NCBI GenBank assembly: GCA_023205875.1
Contig: CP060770.1
Coordinates: forward strand, 1 to 64,000
Direction: 5' to 3'
Length of the DNA stretch: 64,000 nt
From: Chloropicon primus
Lineage: Eukaryota
Below the pieces are notes generated by a model, which did no database searches, was not told the DNA's origin, and worked only from the letters and a program-made list of their open reading frames with translations. The position numbers and the translations under genes are program-made. Positions 31,393 through 40,708 of this stretch are shown one piece after another; the stretch's first letter is position 1; every line of letters begins with the position of its first letter.

Positions 31393-32128
31393 GAGAGAGC
31401 GAGGAGGAAGCTGTGTCTCTTCCCTTGCTCCTTCTTTCCTTGCCTCCTCCTCTCCTCCTCTCCCTTCTTGACGAAAGAACCAACCAAGCAAGCAAGCAAA
31501 GCAAGCAAGCAAGGGACGCATCTCTCGAAACGGGAGGAAACGAGACGAGACGAGGAGGAGAGGATACGATGCACACACATCCTCCTCATGCTCCTCCTCC
31601 TCGCCGTCGCCCTCCATCTCCATCCCCATCTCATGGGAGGGAGGGCTGAAAAAGAAGAAGAAGAAGAAGAAAAGATCGCACCGCGACGGGGACGAAAGGG
31701 TTCCCGTTCTCAAGAGCGCGAACGCCTCTTCCCTTCACCCACCGCAGTACGTTTTCCTTCCCTCACGCCACGTCACGTCGTCTTCGTCTTCGTCTTCGTC
31801 TTCGTCGTCTTACCTCAAGCGTCGCGGTGGTCGCAAACTTTGTGCTGCTCTCCGCGTTTCACGCGCCGTCGCGCCGCCATCTGACCATTCTACGAAACAC
31901 GTAAACACGGATTTAACGATATTGTAGGATATGCACATCCAGTATACTGTACACTGTATATACGGAACGTCTAATAAAGATATTATAAATGAGTGTACGG
32001 TACACTTGATGTGGGTGTGAGGAGGGGAGAGGGAGGAGGGCTGGCTCTCTCTCATGGATCATCCTTTTGAGGACCAAGATCCATTGCCTGCTTTGGCATT
32101 GGGGCAATTGATCTTGATGTTGATCTTG

Positions 32129-32196
32129 TCTTGGGTCTGTTCCTCTCTTGGGTCTGTTCCTCTCTTGGGTCTGTTCCTCTCTTGGGTCTGCTCCTC
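32129..32196. repeat. 17-bp minisatellite (tcttgggtctgttcctc) x4
   Basis: Read directly; the last copy has one mismatch. Confidence 0.9.
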
Positions 32197-32436
32197 GGAG
32201 AGAAGGACCAGAGAACGGGAACGACGGTGTGGTGGGCAATGCAACTCAGCTTTCCTTTATCGGTCTGTTTTGTCTTTTTCATAAATTGAGATAATATAGT
32301 TTTACATTGAATTCAATATTAGGCTGCTTCCTTTGGCCAAGTGGCCAGTGGGAGCGTCACACGCGCTCGCTCCACTCACTACTTGGCCTCACTCCTCCAC
32401 TCTCTAATTTTTCTTTTTCCAACTCCCGACTCCACG

Positions 32437-34530
32437 CTACTGCTTGGCGGTGCTGGCCGCCTGCCTGGCCTGGGTGGCCTTGGCCATGGCCCTGCTGGCC
32501 CTGCTGATGACGTCCGTCATGTAAAAGTTCGTGATCGGGGTCTGGAGAGGGACCTTGTCCAAGGCCTTCTTGCCCTTCACCTTCTGGGCGTGGGCGCCAA
32601 AGTACTGGCCGTTAAGCCAGACAGGCTTCTCTGGAGCCGAGTCCACCTTCCCAAAGTGGGGGGCGATCTCCACGAGCCTCTCCCTGACGCCCTGGATGGT
32701 GTCGTAGGGCAAAGTCGCGCCCAGGACCTCGGAGACGGCCCTGACGATCTTCCAGTCGTCCCTCGACTCCGCGAGGGTAGAAACGGCCCTCCTCGCCATC
32801 TGAACCCTGCCCTCAGAGTTGACGTAGAGGCCACTCTTCTCGGTGAAGGCGGCTCCAGGCAGGATCACGTCCGCGACGTTCGCACCAGCGTCGCCGTGGT
32901 GGCCCTGGTACACCACGAAGGCGCCCTCCGGGATCTCCTTGGCGTCAAAGTCGTCCGCACCGAGAAGGTACACGAACTTGGCGGGCTTGTCGGACGGCTT
33001 CTCTCCCAGGGATGGGACGAAGCCGACGTCAAGTGCGCCCACCCTCGCGGCGGCGTCGTGGAGGACGTTGAAGCCGTTCCACTCGTCCGTCACCACGCCG
33101 GCCTTGTCCACAAAGTTGTGAATCTCGCTCAGGAGGACGTCCCTGTCTTCTCTCTGCAGAACGCCAGGGCCGACGATGACCAAGGGCCGCTTGGCCTTCT
33201 TGAAGGTCTCGGCAAAGGCGCTGCCCTTGCCCTTTGCGAGGTCCTTCAAAGCAGCGACGCTGTCGCCCAGGTGGTGGGTCTGGAAGGTCAGGTCCACGGG
33301 GGCACCCACGACTCCGACCTGAACGGCCTCGTAGTTGGCCTTCCTGATTCTGGCGTTCAGCACGGGCGCCTCCACCCTGGGGTTGGACCCGACGAGAACG
33401 ATGCAGTCCGCCTCGTCGATGCCCGAGATGCTCGAGTTGAAGACGTACGAGGACCTCACGTCGGCCTCCATGCCGGCGGTGACGCTCTCCACGGACAAGT
33501 TCTCGCAGCCGAGCCTGTTCATGAGGTCCTTGAGCGCGACGAGGGACTCGCAGTCCACGAGCTTTCCGGCAATAGCCTTCATCTCGTCGCCCTTCAAGCC
33601 TCCGACAGCCTCCTTGATCGCAAAGAGGGCCTCCTCCCATTTTGCGGGCTTCAAAGCCCCATTCTCCTTCACCATGGGCACGTTCAGCCTCTGCCTCTGG
33701 AGACCGTCGTACTGGAACCTGGCCTTGTCAGAGATCCAGTCCTCGTTCACGCCCTCGTTGTTCCTAGGCAAAATCCTGAGGACCTCGGTTCCCCTGGTGT
33801 CCACCCTAATGTTGCAGCCCAGGGCGTCGCTGACGTCAATGGACTCGGTGGGCTTGAGCTCCCACTGCCTCGCGGTGAAGGCGTAAGGCTTGCTGGTGAG
33901 GGCGCCCACGGGGCACAAGTCGATGACGTTGCCGCTCATCTCGCTCTCCATGAGCTTCTCGACGTACGTTCCGATCTCCGAGGCTCCTCCCCTTCCGGTG
34001 ACACCGAGGTCCTGGACCCCGGCAACCTCAGTGGCGTACCTCACGCATCTGGTGCAGTGAATGCACCTCGTCATGACCGTCTTCACCAGAGGTCCCAAGT
34101 TCTTGTCCACGACGCTGCGCTTGGTCCCGACAAAACGGCCCCTGTCGCTGCCGTAATGCATCGCTTGGTCCTGCCATCGCCATCGAAAGCAAAAGGTAGC
34201 AAAGTCAGCACTCTTCTTTCTCGTTCAGAGGGGTGCACTCGCGGCGCCGCGTTACTCACCTGGAGGTCACACTCTCCTCCCTGGTCGCAGATTGGACAAT
34301 CCAGGGGGTGGTTCAGCAGGAGGAACTCCATCACACCCTCCCTTGCCTTCTTCACACGATCCGTGTCCGTGTGAATGGTCGTCCCAGGCGCCAACGGCAT
34401 GGCACAACTCGCCACCGGCTTGGGTGACATGCCCATGTGGTTCTCCAAGTCCACCAAACACATCCTGAAACACACAACGGATGAAGCGGAAGAAAACAAT
34501 TCGTCAACATCCATCCTCCTTCTCTCTCTC

Positions 34531-34563
<33 letters not shown>

Positions 34564-34895
34564 TACCTGCAGTTCCCAGCGACGGAGAGTTTTGGGTGGT
34601 AGCAGAACCTCGGGACGTCAACGCCAGCAGCATCACAAGCTTGCATGACGGAACTACCTTTCGGTACCCAAATCTCCTTTCCATTGACAATGGTCGACAT
34701 CATGTGTTCCGGCATCTCTTCCTCCGTCTTGTCCGCATCCGCAACAGCGGACGAGGAAAACAAACGCGTCATGGTCGTGGTCACGGTCCTGGTCGTGGTT
34801 TTTTGTCCTCCAACGAGCCAAGCCGTTTCGTTTCCGACCAAGTTCGCGGTTAGGTTTTGCGCGAGGGACCACACCCTCATGCCTGCGGTCGTCAT
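32437..34895 (-). CDS. NDUFS1: NADH:ubiquinone oxidoreductase 75 kDa subunit, 3 exons (34895-34567, 34464-34260, 34170-32437)
   Basis: [69 protein letters not shown] and [16 protein letters not shown] introns restore the frame. Confidence 0.97.
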
Positions 34896-34917
34896 GGTCT
34901 GCTCTACCCCTCCTCGT

Positions 34918-34948
<31 letters not shown>

Positions 34949-35100
34949 TCCTCGTCTTCGTCTTCTCCCTCCTCTTCTCCTTTAGGGTTTAAAAATTCCT
35001 GGACACTAATTGCTGGTGCTGGACAAGAGAAGAGAGAGAGAGAGAGAGGATCTTGGCCTTGGCCTCCTGGGCAGTTACACAAGCCACAAGAGACAAGAGA

Positions 35101-35321
35101 CAAGAGGAGGAGGCAGGGGAAGAGGAAGAGGAGGACAGGAGGGGAAGATAGTCGTCAATGTTCTTCACACCATCCTTCCTTCCTTCTTGCTCCTCCTAAA
35201 GCAAATCAGAATCAGCTGCGGGACACTGAAAAGGAGCAGAGGAGGAGAGGACGTTACCACAAGAGGAGGAGGAGGCAGGGGAAGAGGAGGAGGAGGACAG
35301 GAGGGGAAGATAGTCGTCAAT
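35101..35321. repeat. Purine-rich direct duplication (about 60 bp, 162 bp offset)
   Basis: caagaggaggaggcaggggaagagg..gaggacaggaggggaagatagtcgtcaat occurs twice; GATAGTCGTCAAT anchors at 35147 and 35309. Confidence 0.8.
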
Positions 35322-35516
35322 CCAATGTTCTTCCCTCCCTCCTTTTCGCCTTTCAAAAGAGGTCGCAATCGCGCAGGGATCCAATGCATGGGAAGGCAAG
35401 TTACTTTACACGAACACAAACGATGATCATACTACGTGCACGCAAGCATGTATCCTCGTCCTTTGGTTTGTTATTCTACAACAACTGCTGCGTCGTCCGC
35501 CTCCTTGCCACCATCA

Positions 35517-38500
35517 TCAGGACTGGAGCAGGGAGAGGATCTTGAGCGCCTGGACGAGGTCAGCCGTCTTGAGGCCCGGCGCCCCTCCCTCCAGGGTAGC
35601 GCCACAGACCCTCTCGATGTAACTCAACAAAAAGTCCCCGTCGATGCAAGGGCAATCCACGGGGTTGGCCTCCTCCCCCCTCTCCCTCCTCTCCCACAGA
35701 TGGCTGTGGTTGAGGCAGATGTTCGTGAACGTGTCCTTCTGCCGGCCCCCGGCGCCGGCGTGGAAGCAGAAGCTCTTCTCCACCACGGTCTGGAGCTTGG
35801 ATAGCTTGGACCAAGACTGCTGGAGGAGGACGTCCGCCCGAACCACCTGGCCCCCCGATGAGATCAGGACCTTCCGCTGCCACTGGGACCCCGAGGGCAG
35901 GTGGGCCTCCCTCATCTCCTCCTGCCGCTTGGTGCAGCTCACCCTCAAGTTACCATCCGCGATGGCGACGATCGGATCGTCGGACTTGAAGCCACCGCGA
36001 AATCGCATCTGGGGCACAAAGTGCGTGCCTGCCGAGGGAGCGGCCCTCTCCTCCTGCCCCCCTTCGGCAGGGGCCTCCTCCTCCGGGGCGCCACCAGATT
36101 CCCTTGTTGCGGGATCGTGGTACTCGGATCGGTCGGGCTGGTCGTTGCCGGCCTCGTAAGCCAAGGCGCAAGCCTTGCCGTACTCCCCGGCGAAGCTTGA
36201 TTCCGCCTCCCTGTTCCTCTCCAGCAGAAACACGCTGAGCGAGTCAGCAATCAGCAAGGTGTCCTGGCCCACCTTTGACATGGCGTGGATGTAACCGTCC
36301 CAGTGGTAGCTTGTGATGGGAACAATTTCCATCACCTTCTGGTTCTCCTGCTCCTCCCCCTCGTCCACGGAGGAGGTGCTCTTGGGGGAGAGCGCGTAAA
36401 CCGTTATTCTTCCGGCCAGGTCCGAGCAGACCAACTCTGCGGTGCCCAGCGAGCGCAGGTTGGTCACCGGGTGCTTCAGGGCTCTCGCGCAGAGTTCCTT
36501 CGAGTCCATCAGGTGCGCGCCAGACGAGGAGGCATTCGTGGACCTCGACAGCGCCACCTTTCCTGCTGCCTGGTGGGGTGCTGTCTTCTCCTTCGCGCGG
36601 AGATCGGGCAAAGATGACCCGTTCTCTGCATCCAACGCAATGGACTGCACCTGGCTTGTGATGTCCTCCAGCATCGAGCGGGCCCTGTCCACGCGGTGAA
36701 CGTCGACGACGGAGATGGACTCGTTGCCGCCGACAACAACGTAGTGTTGATTGCCAAACGTAACGTCCGCAATGCAGTTGCACACGTCCCCGATGGCGTG
36801 GGTTCCCAGCAGCCTCATTTCCCTGTCAGTGCTGACCCCCCCCTCGACCTTGGTACCGAAGCACTTGTGAATGCCGTAAAACGAGAGGACGCTGCTCACT
36901 GAGCTCGGAACGAGCCTGTTCTTCGCACTCATCTCCGCGTCTTTGACCATCAAGCTGCCCGTGATGACGCTCTCAAAGCTCCCCGAGGCGCTGGACGGGA
37001 TCTCTTGGACCGAGAGGGCGGTGTGGTAGTGGCTGTCGTGCATCTTCAGGCCCGCCTTCCTCTCCATGGTCCCGGAATCGATCACCTCGAGCCAATGGGA
37101 CCCCGACTCGTCCTCCGAAATCGCCACCAAGCTCTTGGAGGAGGAGTGGTGGGCAATGTTCGTCACCGTCCGGTTGATTCCGATGGCCTGGGTCTGCACG
37201 ACGGCCTCCACCCTCAGCCTCCCGATGCCTAGGCACCCCTCCGAATCCAACCAAGCTGCGCCGCCTTGTTCGATGACCGAAGGATCGACAGGGACGATCG
37301 CAAGGATGTCCTGGCTTCCCTCCACCCTGTTGGCTTGGACCTGGAGTCTGCCCAAATCGTTCTCCGAGGCATCCAGGAAAGCGTTCTCCAGCACCTTCCT
37401 CATCTGCCCGGCACAGGAGCCCTCTCTGAACACGACGTCGACGTCCGAGTGGGCGTAAATGCACGTCACGGTCTCGCCACCAGAGTCTGAAGAAGGCTTC
37501 CCCTCAACTTCCAGCTCGAGCAAACCCACTGCGCTGTTTCCTACCCGGATGGAGTCTTCCTCCTCGACCTCGATGCAGAGCTCCCCGTCCTCCGTGCTGA
37601 AGGGGAAGTAGTGCACGGTGCCGTCGCTCAGACCAACGTAGAGGAAGGACATCGCGTCGTAGGATGAGATGGTCATGGATCTCGGCTGGCACTGGAAGGT
37701 GTCAATGTGGAGCAGCTCGTCCATGGACTGGAATTCCATGATGATCACCGAGTTCGAGTGCCACTGGCCCGCCAGGACGAGTGTGATGTCATCCGCGCCC
37801 AGCTCGACCTCTTTCAACTTCAAGGCGGAGACCTGGTTTTCCATCCGGATGCGCCTGACCAGCTGAATCTTCTTGTTCCAAACCTGCACAGCCTGGATGT
37901 CGTACCTGGAGGCCACGGCCAGCTTGGCATTCGAGAGATCCGCGTGTTCCAGGTGCAAGGTTCCATCTTGCTGGAAGAATTCGTCCATTCCGACGCTCGT
38001 GTGAAGCTTGGCGTCCGCCAGGTTCACCAGCCTCAACTCCCTTCTCGTCACCTGGGTGACGAAGCCCGGGCAGGGGGAGTTCGCGGCCAAGGTGTAGCTC
38101 CCGTGGTCGAAACCAGGTATCGTCGTCGGGGCGAAGGCGCCACCGCTGCTCGTGCTCATGTCCAGGGCATGAGTCACTCCCCCGGCCTCGAAGGAGAAGA
38201 GAAGAAGGTTTCTCGTCTCCGAGACGTCTGGCTGTCCTCGGGAGCAGACACTGATCAGCTCTGGCGCGCCAGCGGAGATATCGACGGCGTCTTTGGCCTC
38301 CACTTCCGTCTCCAGGGAGCAGCCCAGCCTCGACTTTGCAATTTTCGCGTGCTGTGCGACCCCCCTGCACGTGAGAATGACGTCCTCCTCTCCCAACTCT
38401 GTCTCCTTTGCCACGACAGCATCGATGACGGGGCCCACGTGATCCAGCACCGTGGAGACTCCGTTAGCGATGCACATCGGCTTGGATTCCATCAGCGTGG

Positions 38501-39914
38501 CCTTGTTGATCCTGAAGGTCAGGGAGGACCCATACCTGCTCCCAGAGAACATCGTGAGGACAGGAGAGTCGCTCGCGCTGTCGCCAGCATCGAGGCATTC
38601 GATACAGGAGGGAACGGGAAACACCTTTTTGCTCCCAAGGGCACGAGCAGTGTCCAAGTACACCTTTGTGTGAACTATGTCGCTGCTCGTGAACCGAATG
38701 CAGTGCAACCCACCGCCAGTGTCTCCGACAAGAAGGGTTCCTAGGCCTGCATCGTAGCTCGCGCAGGTGGGGATCCCATCCAAGCCCACCGGCTTGGACT
38801 TCACTTCGGCGTGCTTCTCCCCCCCCCTTGCCAGCCAGCTTGAGCTCCACCCACCCGCGGCATTGGACACCACGGTAACGCTCTGGGCGCTGACAATGAC
38901 GACGTCTTCCCCGCTGGCCGTGCCGAAAGTGCACAAGCACGAGGAAGTGGGATCCACGTTGTTGATTCTCCACGGCCCACTCTGGAGCAGCACTTCGTCA
39001 TTCTCGGGCCTCTCCTCCCCAAAGGAGGGCAGCTTCACGCTCAGGCAGTGCAAGTCCGTGACCTCCACGGGCGGGTCGTGGGTGCTGGACAGCACCGCGA
39101 GCAAGAGCTCCCCCTGCGCAAAGGCTTGTTGGGACTTGAGAACTTCCATGCTGATCACCTTCGTGCTCGCAGTCCTTGTCCGGGCGGCCTCGATCGCGTT
39201 TTTGGACTCCTGGACGTGCTTTGGCTGCAGGAGGCGCCTCACCACGGCGGGATCCGCAACTTGGGCCGTCCTCATGGACGGCTTGGACGATCCAATCGTC
39301 GTCCCTCCTTGGCCCCTCTCCGTATCGACTCTCAGCAGGTGCCAGAACCCCTCCAGGACGGAGTAGCACACGAGGTGCGCGTCCGCTTGCTTGCTCGCGG
39401 CCAAGGTGACTGCCTTGGTGCATGTGACCTCGAACTTGCTCTCCCCGCTGCCGGCGCTCGTGGTCGACTCCGAGGAGGAGACCGAATGGAGCTCCACAAA
39501 AGCTTGGCACTTGTCGTGCCAGTACAGGATCATCCAAGTGTGGCTCCTCGAGTGGCAGTCCACGAAGAGGACGAGGAGGAGGTCCCTCGCATCACCGTGG
39601 GACTCTACGTCGGTGCCATGGTCCCCTCCGGCAAGAGGCCCGCAAGGAATGCGCTGCAGAGAGTGGACGTGCCTGGACCTCGTGGGTATTGCGGCAACCT
39701 GCTTCAGCTTCAGTTCCTGTTCGCCAGAGGATGATGAGGAGGGCGATGAGGAGGAGGAAGGCTTCTCGAAGGAGTACACCTCCAAGCGCGACCTGTAGTT
39801 CACCACCACGAACTTCCTCTCCCCATCGAAGCACCCCACGCAGGTCCCGTGCACTGCTTGCGTCTCCTGCAGCGTCCTCACGTGCAAGTGACGAGAACCC
39901 GACGACGAAGACAT
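35517..39914 (-). CDS. Divergent DDB1/MMS1/CPSF160-family beta-propeller protein, 1465 aa
   Basis: N-terminal SRLEVY, then LLVGDTGGGLH, FSGSRYGSS, HVGPVIDAVV, ILTCRG and C-terminal CIDGDFLLSY, in the same order as the corresponding DDB1 landmarks. Confidence 0.7.
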   Translation of the reverse strand: MSSSSGSRHLHVRTLQETQAVHGTCVGCFDGERKFVVVNYRSRLEVYSFEKPSSSSSPSSSSSGEQELKLKQVAAIPTRSRHVHSLQRIPCGPLAGGDHGTDVESHGDARDLLLVLFVDCHSRSHTWMILYWHDKCQAFVELHSVSSSESTTSAGSGESKFEVTCTKAVTLAASKQADAHLVCYSVLEGFWHLLRVDTERGQGGTTIGSSKPSMRTAQVADPAVVRRLLQPKHVQESKNAIEAARTRTASTKVISMEVLKSQQAFAQGELLLAVLSSTHDPPVEVTDLHCLSVKLPSFGEERPENDEVLLQSGPWRINNVDPTSSCLCTFGTASGEDVVIVSAQSVTVVSNAAGGWSSSWLARGGEKHAEVKSKPVGLDGIPTCASYDAGLGTLLVGDTGGGLHCIRFTSSDIVHTKVYLDTARALGSKKVFPVPSCIECLDAGDSASDSPVLTMFSGSRYGSSLTFRINKATLMESKPMCIANGVSTVLDHVGPVIDAVVAKETELGEEDVILTCRGVAQHAKIAKSRLGCSLETEVEAKDAVDISAGAPELISVCSRGQPDVSETRNLLLFSFEAGGVTHALDMSTSSGGAFAPTTIPGFDHGSYTLAANSPCPGFVTQVTRRELRLVNLADAKLHTSVGMDEFFQQDGTLHLEHADLSNAKLAVASRYDIQAVQVWNKKIQLVRRIRMENQVSALKLKEVELGADDITLVLAGQWHSNSVIIMEFQSMDELLHIDTFQCQPRSMTISSYDAMSFLYVGLSDGTVHYFPFSTEDGELCIEVEEEDSIRVGNSAVGLLELEVEGKPSSDSGGETVTCIYAHSDVDVVFREGSCAGQMRKVLENAFLDASENDLGRLQVQANRVEGSQDILAIVPVDPSVIEQGGAAWLDSEGCLGIGRLRVEAVVQTQAIGINRTVTNIAHHSSSKSLVAISEDESGSHWLEVIDSGTMERKAGLKMHDSHYHTALSVQEIPSSASGSFESVITGSLMVKDAEMSAKNRLVPSSVSSVLSFYGIHKCFGTKVEGGVSTDREMRLLGTHAIGDVCNCIADVTFGNQHYVVVGGNESISVVDVHRVDRARSMLEDITSQVQSIALDAENGSSLPDLRAKEKTAPHQAAGKVALSRSTNASSSGAHLMDSKELCARALKHPVTNLRSLGTAELVCSDLAGRITVYALSPKSTSSVDEGEEQENQKVMEIVPITSYHWDGYIHAMSKVGQDTLLIADSLSVFLLERNREAESSFAGEYGKACALAYEAGNDQPDRSEYHDPATRESGGAPEEEAPAEGGQEERAAPSAGTHFVPQMRFRGGFKSDDPIVAIADGNLRVSCTKRQEEMREAHLPSGSQWQRKVLISSGGQVVRADVLLQQSWSKLSKLQTVVEKSFCFHAGAGGRQKDTFTNICLNHSHLWERRERGEEANPVDCPCIDGDFLLSYIERVCGATLEGGAPGLKTADLVQALKILSLLQS

Positions 39915-40059
39915 CAGGTATATGTGTATGTGTGTGTGTGTGTCTTCGGCTACTGCTCTAGTGGACGAGAGGCAGCAACAGATGCACCATAACCCTCAAG
40001 TCCTTCTCCCAAATACAACGTTGCTCTTCCTGCTGCTGCTCCTTCTCCTTCTCTCCCTC

Positions 40060-40590
40060 CTCTGTTGTGTCCTCCCTCCTGGTTGTCCTTGGGATCAATT
40101 CCCCTGTCTTCCCAAGTACAATGCTGCTGCTCTTGCTCCTCCCTCCTCCCTCCTCCTCTGCCGTGTCCTCCTCCTCTGTCCCCCTCCCTCCTGTCTTCTG
40201 TCCTCCCTCCTGGTTCTTGTCCTTGGGATCAATTCCCCTGCCTTCCCAAGTACAATGCTGCTGCTCTTGCTCCTCCCTCCTCCCTCCTCCCTCCTCCTCT
40301 GCCGTTGTCCTCTTCCTTATGCTCCCTCCTCCTCCTCTGCCGTGTCCTCCTCTGTCCCCCTCCCTCCTGTCTTCTGTCCTCCCTCCTGGTTCTTGTCCTT
40401 GGGATCAATTCCCCTGCCTTCCCAAGTACAATGCTGCTGCTCTTGCTCCTCCCTCCTCCCTCCTCCCTCCTCCTCTGCCGTTGTCCTCTTCCTTATGCTC
40501 CCTCCTCCTCCTCTGCCGTGGTCCTCTGTCCCCCTCCTCCTGTCTTCTGTCCTCCCTCCTGGTTCTTGTCCTTGGGATCAATTCCCCGGG
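40060..40590. repeat. Pyrimidine-rich imperfect tandem repeat, about 3 units (134, 176 and 173 bp spacing)
   Basis: The anchor GGGATCAATTCCCC occurs at 40091, 40225, 40401 and 40574; the first three are followed by cccaagtacaatgctgctgctcttgctcctccc. Confidence 0.9.
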
Positions 40591-40708
40591 GTTCCCGCCA
40601 AAAGCGGAGGAGAGAGAGAGAGAGAGACGGCGAACGCGATCCCTCGATCGATCGATCGATCGGCGCCAAGGGAAGGAGAAGCGCGAGGGAACGAGAACGA
40701 GGAGCGCC

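Noticed and set aside
32129..32196. 17-bp repeats as a CRISPR-like array
   Set aside because: The units are contiguous with no spacers; this is an ordinary minisatellite.
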